From assembly GCA_963663995.1 (NCBI GenBank), contig OY760660.1, positions 1,230,001 through 1,262,000 on the forward strand: DNA of 32,000 nt. Direction: 5' to 3'. Every line of letters starts with the position of its first letter. Positions within the stretch are counted from its first letter, which is position 1. This stretch comes from Erysipelotrichaceae bacterium. GTDB taxonomy: Bacteria; Bacillota_I; Bacilli_A; Erysipelotrichales; Erysipelotrichaceae. Under the pieces are notes generated by a model. It had not been told where the DNA came from. It saw only the letters and a program-made list of their open reading frames with translations, and made no database searches. Both the position numbers and the translations under genes were made by a program. Positions 10,631-19,002 of this stretch are shown here, piece by piece.

Positions 10631-11312
10631 GCGTGTGATAGCCTCCTTTTGATAAATCAGTTGCGATATGTCCAGAATCTAAGACAATCGTTCTTTTCTT
10701 ATATTTATTAACAATTTCAATATCATGAGTCACCATTAATATTGTCGTTTTTTCTTCTTTATTAATTCGCTCTAATAACTCAATAATCTCTTGAGATTTC
10801 TTGGGATCTAAGTTACCAGTTGGTTCATCAGCAATCAGGATCTTTGGTTTATTGGCAATCGCTCGTGCAATAACTGCCCGTTGTTGTTGACCACCTGAAA
10901 GCTCATTAGGATAATGAGAACCTTTATCACTTAAGTCTACTAATTTTAAAACTTCTCTAACTCTTTGTCGTGCTTGAAGAACAGGTTGATGCGTTATTTC
11001 TAATGCATACATGACATTCTCAAAAACGGTTTTCTTTTCTAAGAGTTTAAAATCTTGAAAAACGACACCAATATGTCGTCTATAATACGGAACTTTACCA
11101 TGTCTTAGAGCCCCAACATCTATACCAGCAACTTCAACTTTGCCTTTAGTTGGTTTCTCTTCCGCATCTAAAAGTTTAATTAATGTACTCTTACCAGAAC
11201 CAGTTGGTCCAATAATATAGACAAACTCAGATTGATCAATAAAAAGATTTATATTATGAAGTGCATTTACACCATTTTTATAGGTTTTAGAAACTTTGCT
11301 TAATTGGATCAC
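10602..11312 (-). CDS. ftsE: Cell-division ATP-binding protein FtsE
   Basis: GPTGSGKST, LSGGQQQR and ILIADEPTGNLD motifs. GTG start with GAGGG 7 nt upstream. Confidence 0.95.
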   Translation of the reverse strand: MIQLSKVSKTYKNGVNALHNINLFIDQSEFVYIIGPTGSGKSTLIKLLDAEEKPTKGKVEVAGIDVGALRHGKVPYYRRHIGVVFQDFKLLEKKTVFENVMYALEITHQPVLQARQRVREVLKLVDLSDKGSHYPNELSGGQQQRAVIARAIANKPKILIADEPTGNLDPKKSQEIIELLERINKEEKTTILMVTHDIEIVNKYKKRTIVLDSGHIATDLSKGGYHTRVELSDTAD

Positions 11313-11336
11313 AGAATACCCTCAATTCACTTTTTA

Positions 11337-11345
11337 ATTATACCA
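11337..11345 (-). promoter_or_regulatory. Extended -10 promoter (TGGTATAAT) for ftsE operon
   Basis: Minus strand reads TGgTATAAT 24 nt upstream of the GTG start, with SD GAGGG in between. Confidence 0.5.
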
Positions 11346-11391
11346 TTGCACTGTTGTGAAAACGCATTGCAAGGCACATTGGAATTCTAAT

Positions 11392-11448
11392 TTTTACATT
11401 AAATTGGACGAATAATTTTACTATTTTACATTAATATGGACGAATAAT
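11392..11448. repeat. Tandem direct repeat, 2 x 25 bp (period 32)
   Basis: ttttacattaaattggacgaataat (11392..11416) and ttttacattaatatggacgaataat (11424..11448) match at 23/25. They lie between the YitT-family stop and the ftsE promoter. Confidence 0.75.
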
Positions 11449-11451
11449 CTT

Positions 11452-12297
11452 TTATACTTTGAAATCAAAGCTAAATCCATTCCCTTTTACTTCAGTCGCA
11501 TCATTCACAATAATGAAGGCATGTGGATCAAGCTCATTGCATAACTTAACCAGTAATGGATATTGAGTTTTAGTAATAACACTCAAGATAACCGGTTTAT
11601 CTTTTTCAGAATAACTTCCTTTACCGGAAAGTAAAGTCGATCCACGATCTAAATCTATATGAATCTTCTTAATCAGTTCTTGATAGTGATCAGAGATAAT
11701 CATGACTGAGTAAGCTTCTAAGTCGCCAAAGACTAATACTTTCTTAATCGCAAAGGAAGACGCATAAACTGAAATAAAACCAATTAATACTGCTTCAATA
11801 TTAAAGACATACCAACCAAACAACACCGTTAAGACATCTGTTGTGAGTACGAGTTTTGATAAATCAATGTTTGTGTACTTATGAATGATCAGTGGCGGAA
11901 TATCCATCCCGCCTGTTGACGCCCCAACTCTAAATGTTAAACCAATACCTAATCCGGCAATCGCTCCTCCATAAAGAGAGGCTAAGAGCGGTTCAGTATG
12001 AACAACTAATTCAAAGTTATTCAGGATCGCTAAAAACATTGGGTACAAAATCGTTGAATGCAGTGTATGTATGGTAAATTTCTTTCCTAAGAAAAGTGAA
12101 CCTAATAGATATAAAACTAAGATTAAACCAGTAATTAAAATATCAGATTGAATGCCAGTTAACTTTGATATCGCAATTGCTATACCAGCGACTCCACCAG
12201 TCAAGATTTCATATGGCAAAATAAACACATGAACAGCTAGCGCTAAAAAGAAATTACCTAAAACAACCATGAATACATCAAAGATTTTTTGTCGCAT
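11452..12297 (-). CDS. YitT-family membrane protein (DUF2179 C-terminal domain)
   Basis: 281 aa with multi-TM GGxxG-rich repeats (LTGGVAGIAIA, ASTGGMDIPP) and a soluble C-terminal domain. GAGGT RBS. Confidence 0.85.
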   Translation of the reverse strand: MRQKIFDVFMVVLGNFFLALAVHVFILPYEILTGGVAGIAIAISKLTGIQSDILITGLILVLYLLGSLFLGKKFTIHTLHSTILYPMFLAILNNFELVVHTEPLLASLYGGAIAGLGIGLTFRVGASTGGMDIPPLIIHKYTNIDLSKLVLTTDVLTVLFGWYVFNIEAVLIGFISVYASSFAIKKVLVFGDLEAYSVMIISDHYQELIKKIHIDLDRGSTLLSGKGSYSEKDKPVILSVITKTQYPLLVKLCNELDPHAFIIVNDATEVKGNGFSFDFKV

Positions 12298-12313
12298 AAC
12301 TACCTCACATGTG

Positions 12314-12331
12314 ATGGTACAATTATACCAT
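12314..12331. promoter_or_regulatory. Palindromic pair of overlapping divergent extended -10 promoters
   Basis: atggta-caatta-taccat. Plus strand: TGgTACAAT (12315..12323). Minus strand: TGgTATAAT (12322..12330). Confidence 0.5.
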
Positions 12332-12332
12332 T

Positions 12333-12773
12333 ATGATTCCCTTACATAGACAGCCCAAACTTAAACTTAAATACTCAGTCTTAAGCCTCATTGTTATTCT
12401 TATTATTTTTGGATTTTCACTTCAATCTGGTGATGATTCATCAAGTCAAAGTGGTTGGATTGTACAGATTGTAATTAATCTATTCACATTACTTAATATC
12501 CCAACAAGCGGTTATCCTTTAGCTTTGATTGTTCGAAAAACAGCTCATTTCTCTGAGTATTTTGTCTTGGGTTTAACGGTGCCACATACAGAAAAAGAAC
12601 TCAATCAAGCTCATCTCCATTATTTTCTATATTTGATTCCAATCATGGATGAGTCGATTCAGTTCTTTACACCTGGTAGAGTCATGTCACCAATCGATAT
12701 GTTTATTGATGCATGTGGTTATACTTGTGGATATTTCCTAAGTCTAAAATTTCTGTTAAAAGAAAAAAATTAA
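12333..12773 (+). CDS. VanZ-family membrane protein
   Basis: 146 aa. RKTAHFSEYFVLG resembles the conserved VanZ-like core. 4 TM segments. Confidence 0.75.
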   Translation: MIPLHRQPKLKLKYSVLSLIVILIIFGFSLQSGDDSSSQSGWIVQIVINLFTLLNIPTSGYPLALIVRKTAHFSEYFVLGLTVPHTEKELNQAHLHYFLYLIPIMDESIQFFTPGRVMSPIDMFIDACGYTCGYFLSLKFLLKEKN

Positions 12774-12784
12774 TGTGTGGTTTT

Positions 12785-13075
12785 TTATTTATGAACAACT
12801 ATTTCAATGGAAGCATCTAAACCTTTTAACAATCTAAATAATGTATCCATTTTAGGGATATGTTTCTCACATTCAAACCGAGATATTGCCTGTTGAGATA
12901 ACTTTGTTTTCTCAGCCAGCTCTTTTTGTGATAGTCCCTTGAGTTTTCTAATCTTTATTATCTGATCTGCTAAATCATACTGTTGGCTTATTTTAATATA
13001 CTCTTCTTTAAATCCAGTTTCCTTTAGCTTCTCTTTGATTTTTCTATCAATATCAATCTCTTTAAATGGGCACAT
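12785..13075 (-). CDS. XRE-family HTH antitoxin (HigA-like)
   Basis: 96 aa. LKGLSQKELAEKTKLSQQAISRFECEK is a classic HTH_3 motif. Overlaps the upstream toxin gene by 14 nt. Confidence 0.85.
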   Translation of the reverse strand: MCPFKEIDIDRKIKEKLKETGFKEEYIKISQQYDLADQIIKIRKLKGLSQKELAEKTKLSQQAISRFECEKHIPKMDTLFRLLKGLDASIEIVVHK

Positions 13076-13400
13076 GTTTTAGTAGCTCCTTTTTTCTTTT
13101 TATAGCTTTCTCTATATCTTTTAACTCAGTCTTATTTTTTTGTTTTTTACATGCATGTAATATATATAAGCTATCCATATCAAATGTCATATAAAACAAT
13201 CTGTTAAATCTTCTAAATTTAATTTCCCAAACTTTTTCTCTTAAGTAACGTGTATCCAACAGTTCTAAGTAATCTTTTCCTTGTGTGGAAATATTTTTTA
13301 TTATTTTATAAGCTTCTGCTTTTTCATCATTTGGTAAAGCATCAATAAAACTAAAAATCTCGTCTTTCCCATTTCTTCGACAATAAGTGTATACTTTCAT
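13062..13400 (-). CDS. RelE/ParE-superfamily toxin, Gp49/HigB-like
   Basis: 112 aa from ATG 13400; the ORF-track start at 13406 is a TTG. The toxin-first gene order and the ...WEIKFRRFNRLFYMTF..LYILHACKKQ pattern resemble phage Gp49-like toxins. Confidence 0.75.
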   Translation of the reverse strand: MKVYTYCRRNGKDEIFSFIDALPNDEKAEAYKIIKNISTQGKDYLELLDTRYLREKVWEIKFRRFNRLFYMTFDMDSLYILHACKKQKNKTELKDIEKAIKRKKELLKHVPI

Positions 13401-13411
13401 ATACAAATCTC

Positions 13412-13433
13412 ATTATACATCATATTTGATGTA
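13412..13433 (-). promoter_or_regulatory. TATAAT -10 abutting a 6-6-6 palindrome (putative TA operator)
   Basis: Minus strand reads TACATC-AAATAT-GATGTA then TATAAT (13417..13412), 11 nt before the toxin ATG. No SD is visible. Confidence 0.45.
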
Positions 13434-13493
13434 TTTACTTCTTTTAATATGTGTTTCATACTTATCTATATGACCGATATTTAGTTACTCCTT

Positions 13494-13516
13494 AAAAAAG
13501 CGTGACTACTCACGCT
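13494..13516 (-). terminator. Intrinsic terminator after the B12-domain gene
   Basis: agcgtga-ctac-tcacgct hairpin directly after the stop codon (13517..13519), followed on the minus strand by TTTTTT. Confidence 0.7.
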
Positions 13517-15355
13517 TTATGCACAATTTCCTTCAGCATACTCACATCGTGCTTTCGCATCGACTTCTCGATTTTCTTTATCGACTAAAATAACAGATCC
13601 ATTTTGATATCGAGAATCAAAGTAGATCGCATTCACAAAGATTTCTGTTGCGTTATACAAGTAAGGTGTTGGTAGATAGCCTGCTTCATAGATTGTATAG
13701 AATCCTTGTGCACTTAGATAATTATCAACATGTTTTTCAATAGATTTTAAAATAATTCTTGCTTCTGATATGAAGTGCTTTTTCAGTTGCTCAATATCTT
13801 TATCATAAGCACTTAAATCAATCTTATGATTGGCTTTTTGTTTACGATAATAGTCGATGGCAGCACAGGTAATTTGGATGCTTTCATTCATCACTGCAGG
13901 ATTTGCCATAAATAGTGCTTCACTATAAGACACAACATGAACAATTGCAGGACTGTTTTTAATGTGAGGTTCAATATCATCCATTAACATACTTACCATG
14001 GCTAGTTGCACTTTAGCTAAGTCTTCATCTGGTGAAAAGAAATCTAAACCCGCACGCGGTTGAAGAATCACTTTAAAGTTTTTATCTTCTAGTGGTTTTA
14101 TCAATTCTAATATGGCTCGTGCTTTGGCAATATCAGTGATGCCCCAAGTATAGCGCGGAGTATTCAACATCACTTGTAAGATAAAATCTTTTATTCCATG
14201 TTTCTTTGCTAAACGAGCAGCCAAAACAGCCGATAGAATATAGGTCACATCATCGCTTCCTCTAAAAGCAAAGTGGTGTGGTGTATTAGGTTCATATGGT
14301 TTATGGGTGCTTGCGATAAAATCTAAAGCTTTTTCACTTTGTATGAGGTTTGTCAGTAGATCATTAGGACCTCTTCCATCTAATTGATTAAACCACCACA
14401 ATGACATGGCATGCCATGCAATGTTAAGACTTCTTTCATGGATATGAGCTAAATCATCGACATGATTTGTACCTGAATATGTTCGCACTAAAAGAGGTCG
14501 ACTAGCCTCATATATATCGTCATATTCGAATTCATTTTGAATCGGTACACCACCACCATTCGCTAGATTTTCCCAATTTTCATTGAAATGAGATTGAGTT
14601 AATTGCGAAGAACCAATGGAAAGAATATCTAAGTGTTTTGTCTTAGCTAATGTTTTACACCAATCTTTGAATGCTTTTAAAGCTTCTTCACGATTTTGAT
14701 GATAAGGACCAACGTGTAAGCGCGTTAAAGGTAGATCTGATGACTCTTGATGATATTTTAATCTAAGAGTTAATCGATCATGCTTTGTACCATATTCTGG
14801 ATAGTTGGTATTTTTCTTTACGCTAAAGTGTTCTTTATCAAAATCTTGCATAAACGCTTTAGCACAATTCATCAAAGCATGATCATACTTTGATCCTTTG
14901 ATAAGTGATTCTGGTATTTCATCGTCTTCTAAATCTAAAGCTATAAGAACTTCTGCCATTTCTTCTGATCCAACAAAGGTCATCACTTTATCCTTAAAGA
15001 CTTCTTTTATTTTCTGACAGGATTTTGGTAAGCCGGCAAAGTAGATCTTTTTAAGATGACCACCTTCGCTTTCAAAAATATAGTTCTTTTCGCATATTTC
15101 AAAAACAGACTTCACAGTATTTAAAGCATCTTCTTCATCTAAACGATAGGATAAACCTAAATGACTTATATGATGATCCAATAACCAATTAGCGAGTTCT
15201 TCTTTATTTTCGATTTCACCTATATGGTTTGTTTTTGAGATTAGTTCATCGGCTAGAAAGACAATTTGATCACAGGCATTTAACTGACTCTTTATCGCAT
15301 TGATCCCTAAGGTATGTGCATCATGAGTCGGTTTTAAAAGTCCATAGCGTCTCAT
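13517..15355 (-). CDS. Cobalamin-binding-domain protein (N-terminal GlmS/MutS-like B12 domain fused to ~470-aa unknown domain)
   Basis: 612 aa. LLKPTHDAHTLGINAI carries DxHxxG at residues 12-17, placed as in the glutamate mutase S subunit. Later ISHLGLSY and IYFAG segments sit at the SxL/GG positions. There is no CxxxCxxC, so it is not a radical SAM protein. Confidence 0.65.
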   Translation of the reverse strand: MRRYGLLKPTHDAHTLGINAIKSQLNACDQIVFLADELISKTNHIGEIENKEELANWLLDHHISHLGLSYRLDEEDALNTVKSVFEICEKNYIFESEGGHLKKIYFAGLPKSCQKIKEVFKDKVMTFVGSEEMAEVLIALDLEDDEIPESLIKGSKYDHALMNCAKAFMQDFDKEHFSVKKNTNYPEYGTKHDRLTLRLKYHQESSDLPLTRLHVGPYHQNREEALKAFKDWCKTLAKTKHLDILSIGSSQLTQSHFNENWENLANGGGVPIQNEFEYDDIYEASRPLLVRTYSGTNHVDDLAHIHERSLNIAWHAMSLWWFNQLDGRGPNDLLTNLIQSEKALDFIASTHKPYEPNTPHHFAFRGSDDVTYILSAVLAARLAKKHGIKDFILQVMLNTPRYTWGITDIAKARAILELIKPLEDKNFKVILQPRAGLDFFSPDEDLAKVQLAMVSMLMDDIEPHIKNSPAIVHVVSYSEALFMANPAVMNESIQITCAAIDYYRKQKANHKIDLSAYDKDIEQLKKHFISEARIILKSIEKHVDNYLSAQGFYTIYEAGYLPTPYLYNATEIFVNAIYFDSRYQNGSVILVDKENREVDAKARCEYAEGNCA

Positions 15356-16416
15356 TTTGGGAAGTATTCGTCAAAGAATCCTTTCACATCATGTCGGCCG
15401 ATGACACTGAAATCTATATAGTATAAAGAATTTGCTAAATCTAAGACTAATTCCATATGTTTATGTGGCGTTTTCGCTAGTTTTGCTAGTTCTAACATAG
15501 GCACAATACCGGTGGGAATATCTTCATAGATATAACGGGTTGTGATATCTGTTGGTGATAGGATTTCATCATATTGACTGGTTGCTTGAAGCCTTAGGTA
15601 TAAACTATCCCCTTGTGATCCATAAACAATATCCAACCATTCATAAGCACTAGGAATCTTAATTCCAAATGCTTGAGCTAAAGCAAGTCTTTCTTCATCT
15701 AATTTTTCAATCACATTCGCAACTAATGGTGTTATCCCCTCTTTATAGTGATGATAAGAATCTCCGCACTCAATACGCGTAAGATTCATTAAAGCAGGAA
15801 AAGGATGAAACAACATCCCAATATTAGAAAGAGAGGTTGTTAAGACTGATTTTTCCATTTGTATCATATTAAAACTAGGTTTTAAACATTGATAGATAAT
15901 CTCACTGTGTTGTGGGTTTAATGCAGCAACTCTCAGTTTTTTCTTACGTGAAAAGATTTGTGATACACCCGGTCTAACTCGTCTGGATGTTAAAACAAAG
16001 GTATCTGTTTCACAGATTGGGATATCTAAATCACAACCAGCATTCACTAAGTATTGTTTAAATAAGTAAGCCCCTAAAGTGCGTCCAGGATTTATCACAA
16101 TTTTATGGGTTTCATTAAGAAGAGGAGCCATTTGTATGGCGATGTCTTCATGGGCATGTGCGGGTATACAAATCATAATAATTTCTGATTGATCCAAGGC
16201 ATCTTTTAAAACATGAGTTGCTTTGATATTTCTAACCATTGTCTCAATCATGCCGTGCAGTTGAACGCCTCCCATTGAATTAATTTGATCAATGACGGTT
16301 TTTGTTCGATTGAATAAAATTGTAGGATTTGATAAGTGTGCTAAGTATGCGGCTAATGCTTGGCCTCCGTGACCGGCCCCAATAACACAATATTTTTGTT
16401 GTTTAAGACTTGTCAT
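15352..16416 (-). CDS. NAD(P)-dependent opine (octopine/nopaline) dehydrogenase-family oxidoreductase
   Basis: Start refined to MTSLKQQKYCVIGAGHGGQALAAYLA (ATG 16416, AGGAGG 6 nt upstream). Rossmann GxGxxG; length and layout fit the ODH family. ATGA overlap with the downstream gene. Confidence 0.75.
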   Translation of the reverse strand: MTSLKQQKYCVIGAGHGGQALAAYLAHLSNPTILFNRTKTVIDQINSMGGVQLHGMIETMVRNIKATHVLKDALDQSEIIMICIPAHAHEDIAIQMAPLLNETHKIVINPGRTLGAYLFKQYLVNAGCDLDIPICETDTFVLTSRRVRPGVSQIFSRKKKLRVAALNPQHSEIIYQCLKPSFNMIQMEKSVLTTSLSNIGMLFHPFPALMNLTRIECGDSYHHYKEGITPLVANVIEKLDEERLALAQAFGIKIPSAYEWLDIVYGSQGDSLYLRLQATSQYDEILSPTDITTRYIYEDIPTGIVPMLELAKLAKTPHKHMELVLDLANSLYYIDFSVIGRHDVKGFFDEYFPK

Positions 16417-16575
16417 GTTATCCTCCTGTAAGTGCTTACAGTTTATCGAATAAAATTCAAGAAACGATGTGATTAGACGAATATTCATGAAAATTTCATG
16501 TAATTTTTAATGAAAAAAGACAGGTTTAGCTAAAGATAGATATTTAAAAGATTTCCAAAGTGCTATTGTATAAGT

Positions 16576-17493
16576 ATGAACAAGATCATCGAAATTAAAC
16601 ATTTATCTAAATCTTATGACAAACTTAAAGCGGTTGATAATATTAGTTTTTCAGTTAATGAAGGGGAGCTTTTTGCCTTTTTAGGACCTAATGGAGCTGG
16701 TAAATCTACCACCATCAACATTCTTTCAACACTGCTTTCAAAGGATGAAGGTGAGATTATTATAAATAATCATCCACTTGGAACTGAGGACGATAAAATA
16801 CGACAAAACATTGGAATAGTTTTTCAAGATTCATTCCTAGATGATTTATTAACGGTGAGAGAAAACTTAATCACAAGAGGTCTATTTTATAAAATCGACA
16901 AAAAAGAAGTCATCAGTAGAACCGATAGACTTTGCGAACAATTATCATTATCTGAATTTATTGATCGTCCTTATGGAAAGTTGTCTGGAGGACAAAGACG
17001 TCGTAGTGATATCGCAAGAGCACTCATCAATCATCCAAAAATTCTATTCTTAGATGAACCAACCACTGGTTTAGATCCGCAAACACGCTTAAGTATATGG
17101 TCTTATATTGAAAGTCTTAGAAAAGAACATAAAATGACGATCTTTCTAACGACACACTACATGGAAGAAGCGGCTAAGTGTGATCGTGTTTGTATTATCG
17201 ATCATGGGAAAATCCTAGAACTTAGTACACCTCGTGATTTAAGAATTAAATATGCACCAACCCTTTTAAGATTAAAATCAAATTCACTAAATGAATCTGA
17301 TTTTGAAACCTTTGATCTTCCTTTCACAAAAACAAGTGATGGCTATGAATTTGCGCTAAAATCAAGTGTCGAAGCATATCCTATCTTAGATAAATACAGA
17401 GACAAAATTGATCAATTTGAAGTTTTAGAAGGGACGATGGATACCGTTTTTATTGCCCTAACGGGAAACACGATTCGGGAGGATAAAGCATGA
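16576..17493 (+). CDS. ABC transporter ATP-binding protein (DrrA/ABC-2 type)
   Basis: GPNGAGKST, LSGGQRRR and LFLDEPTTGLD motifs. Confidence 0.93.
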   Translation: MNKIIEIKHLSKSYDKLKAVDNISFSVNEGELFAFLGPNGAGKSTTINILSTLLSKDEGEIIINNHPLGTEDDKIRQNIGIVFQDSFLDDLLTVRENLITRGLFYKIDKKEVISRTDRLCEQLSLSEFIDRPYGKLSGGQRRRSDIARALINHPKILFLDEPTTGLDPQTRLSIWSYIESLRKEHKMTIFLTTHYMEEAAKCDRVCIIDHGKILELSTPRDLRIKYAPTLLRLKSNSLNESDFETFDLPFTKTSDGYEFALKSSVEAYPILDKYRDKIDQFEVLEGTMDTVFIALTGNTIREDKA

Positions 17494-18371
17494 GTACAAT
17501 CCTTAGTTTAACGACTCGCAATCTAAAAATGTTCTATCGAAATAAGTCGCTTGTCTTTTTTTCCTTCTTATCGGTTTTTATCATCTTGGGCTTATATGTT
17601 TTATTCTTAGCTGAAATCCAAATCAACAATATTGAGGCAGAGATTGGTCGCGTGGATGGGATCGATGCCTTGATCTATGCCTGGATGTTGCCAGGAGTTG
17701 TGGCCGTCGCATCAATGACTTTATCACTGGGTAATATGGGACAACTTGTCGATGATGAAGATAATCAAACACTCCTTGATTTCTTAGTCTCACCGATGAA
17801 AAGAAGTCAGTTGATTTTTTCTTATCTTTTTTCATCGATTGTTATTTCAACTATTATCTTATTCATTATGTTTACTTTGAGTATTGTGATTGTCTATCTT
17901 AAAGGTGGCCCACTTTTAATGCTCGATCAAGTGATTGATTCCTTACTTGTCATCGCACTGCTTATTATCTCTTCTTCATTGTTGTCATTATTAATTGCTT
18001 CCTTTGTGAAGTCACAAAACACTTATGGTGTCATTAATACTTTAGTTGGGACTTTTATTGGCTTTGTGACAGGAGCCTATATGCCCATGGGTATAATGCC
18101 TACCTTAGTTCAAAATATGTTTAATATATTCCCTGTTTCCATGGGCGCAAGTTTGTTGCGTCAAATCTTTTTAAGAGATGTCATGGCAGAAGTCTTTGCG
18201 GGAGCACCGGCAATATACGTCAGTGAATATCGCTATTTTCAAGGAATCGATTTAAAGGTATTTGAAAAAATTTTGGAACCAAATTTCATGATTTCTATGA
18301 TGCTTGTTTATATCCTTGTTTTATTTCTAATTAATTTAATTCGTTTTTCTAAGTTAAACAAAAGAATTTAA
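17490..18371 (+). CDS. ABC-2-type transporter permease
   Basis: 293 aa with 6 TM segments. ATGA overlap with the ATPase gene. Confidence 0.85.
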   Translation: MSTILSLTTRNLKMFYRNKSLVFFSFLSVFIILGLYVLFLAEIQINNIEAEIGRVDGIDALIYAWMLPGVVAVASMTLSLGNMGQLVDDEDNQTLLDFLVSPMKRSQLIFSYLFSSIVISTIILFIMFTLSIVIVYLKGGPLLMLDQVIDSLLVIALLIISSSLLSLLIASFVKSQNTYGVINTLVGTFIGFVTGAYMPMGIMPTLVQNMFNIFPVSMGASLLRQIFLRDVMAEVFAGAPAIYVSEYRYFQGIDLKVFEKILEPNFMISMMLVYILVLFLINLIRFSKLNKRI

Positions 18372-18910
18372 TCATTTGGATTGAGAAGACCATAGATATA
18401 ATGGTCTTCCCATACACCATCAATCTGTACATTTTTACGGTTAAGTCCTTCTTGGATAAAACCGTTTTTTTCTAAGACTCTTTGAGAACCAAAATTATTA
18501 ACCATTACCCCTGCTTCAATACGATGTAATCTCACGGTTTTAAAGGCGTAGTCGCAGATAATCTTTACAGCTTCACTCATGTAACCTTTGCCTTGCATCG
18601 TTTGATCAATGCGATAACCTAAGAAACAAGAATTAATATTAGGGACATCTAATATTTCAAAAAGTGAGACCCAACCGATTAAATGATTTTGATAATCATA
18701 CATACAGAAACTATGACTAATATTGTCAAGATAGGCTTGTACTTGACCTTCGACAAAGGCTTTCTTACCTTCTAGTGTGTAAAAGGATTCAGAACGAGTT
18801 GGTGAGGTCAAAGTAAAGAAAGCTCTATTTCTAAGTTCAAAGTCTAAGAGATTTTGGGTATCTTCAATATCAATTAATTTTAAATAAAAATGTTCTGCTT
18901 TGAATTTCAT
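18368..18910 (-). CDS. GNAT-family N-acetyltransferase (RimJ/RimL-like)
   Basis: 180 aa. QGKGYMSEAVKIICDYAF is the acetyl-CoA motif A region. RIEAGVMVNNFGSQRVLEKNGF is typical of Acetyltransf_3. Confidence 0.88.
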   Translation of the reverse strand: MKFKAEHFYLKLIDIEDTQNLLDFELRNRAFFTLTSPTRSESFYTLEGKKAFVEGQVQAYLDNISHSFCMYDYQNHLIGWVSLFEILDVPNINSCFLGYRIDQTMQGKGYMSEAVKIICDYAFKTVRLHRIEAGVMVNNFGSQRVLEKNGFIQEGLNRKNVQIDGVWEDHYIYGLLNPND

Positions 18911-18976
18911 AACTTATCCTATATATCGTTCTTTCTTTTTCTCATCATTTAAAGAATTCATTACTACCATTTTAAC

Positions 18977-19002
18977 AAAAAGAGAGAAGTTTTACGCTTC
19001 TC
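18977..19002 (-). terminator. Probable intrinsic terminator overlapping the kinase stop codon
   Basis: gagaag-N7-cttctc hairpin (18984..19002) followed on the minus strand by a T-rich run. Confidence 0.45.
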
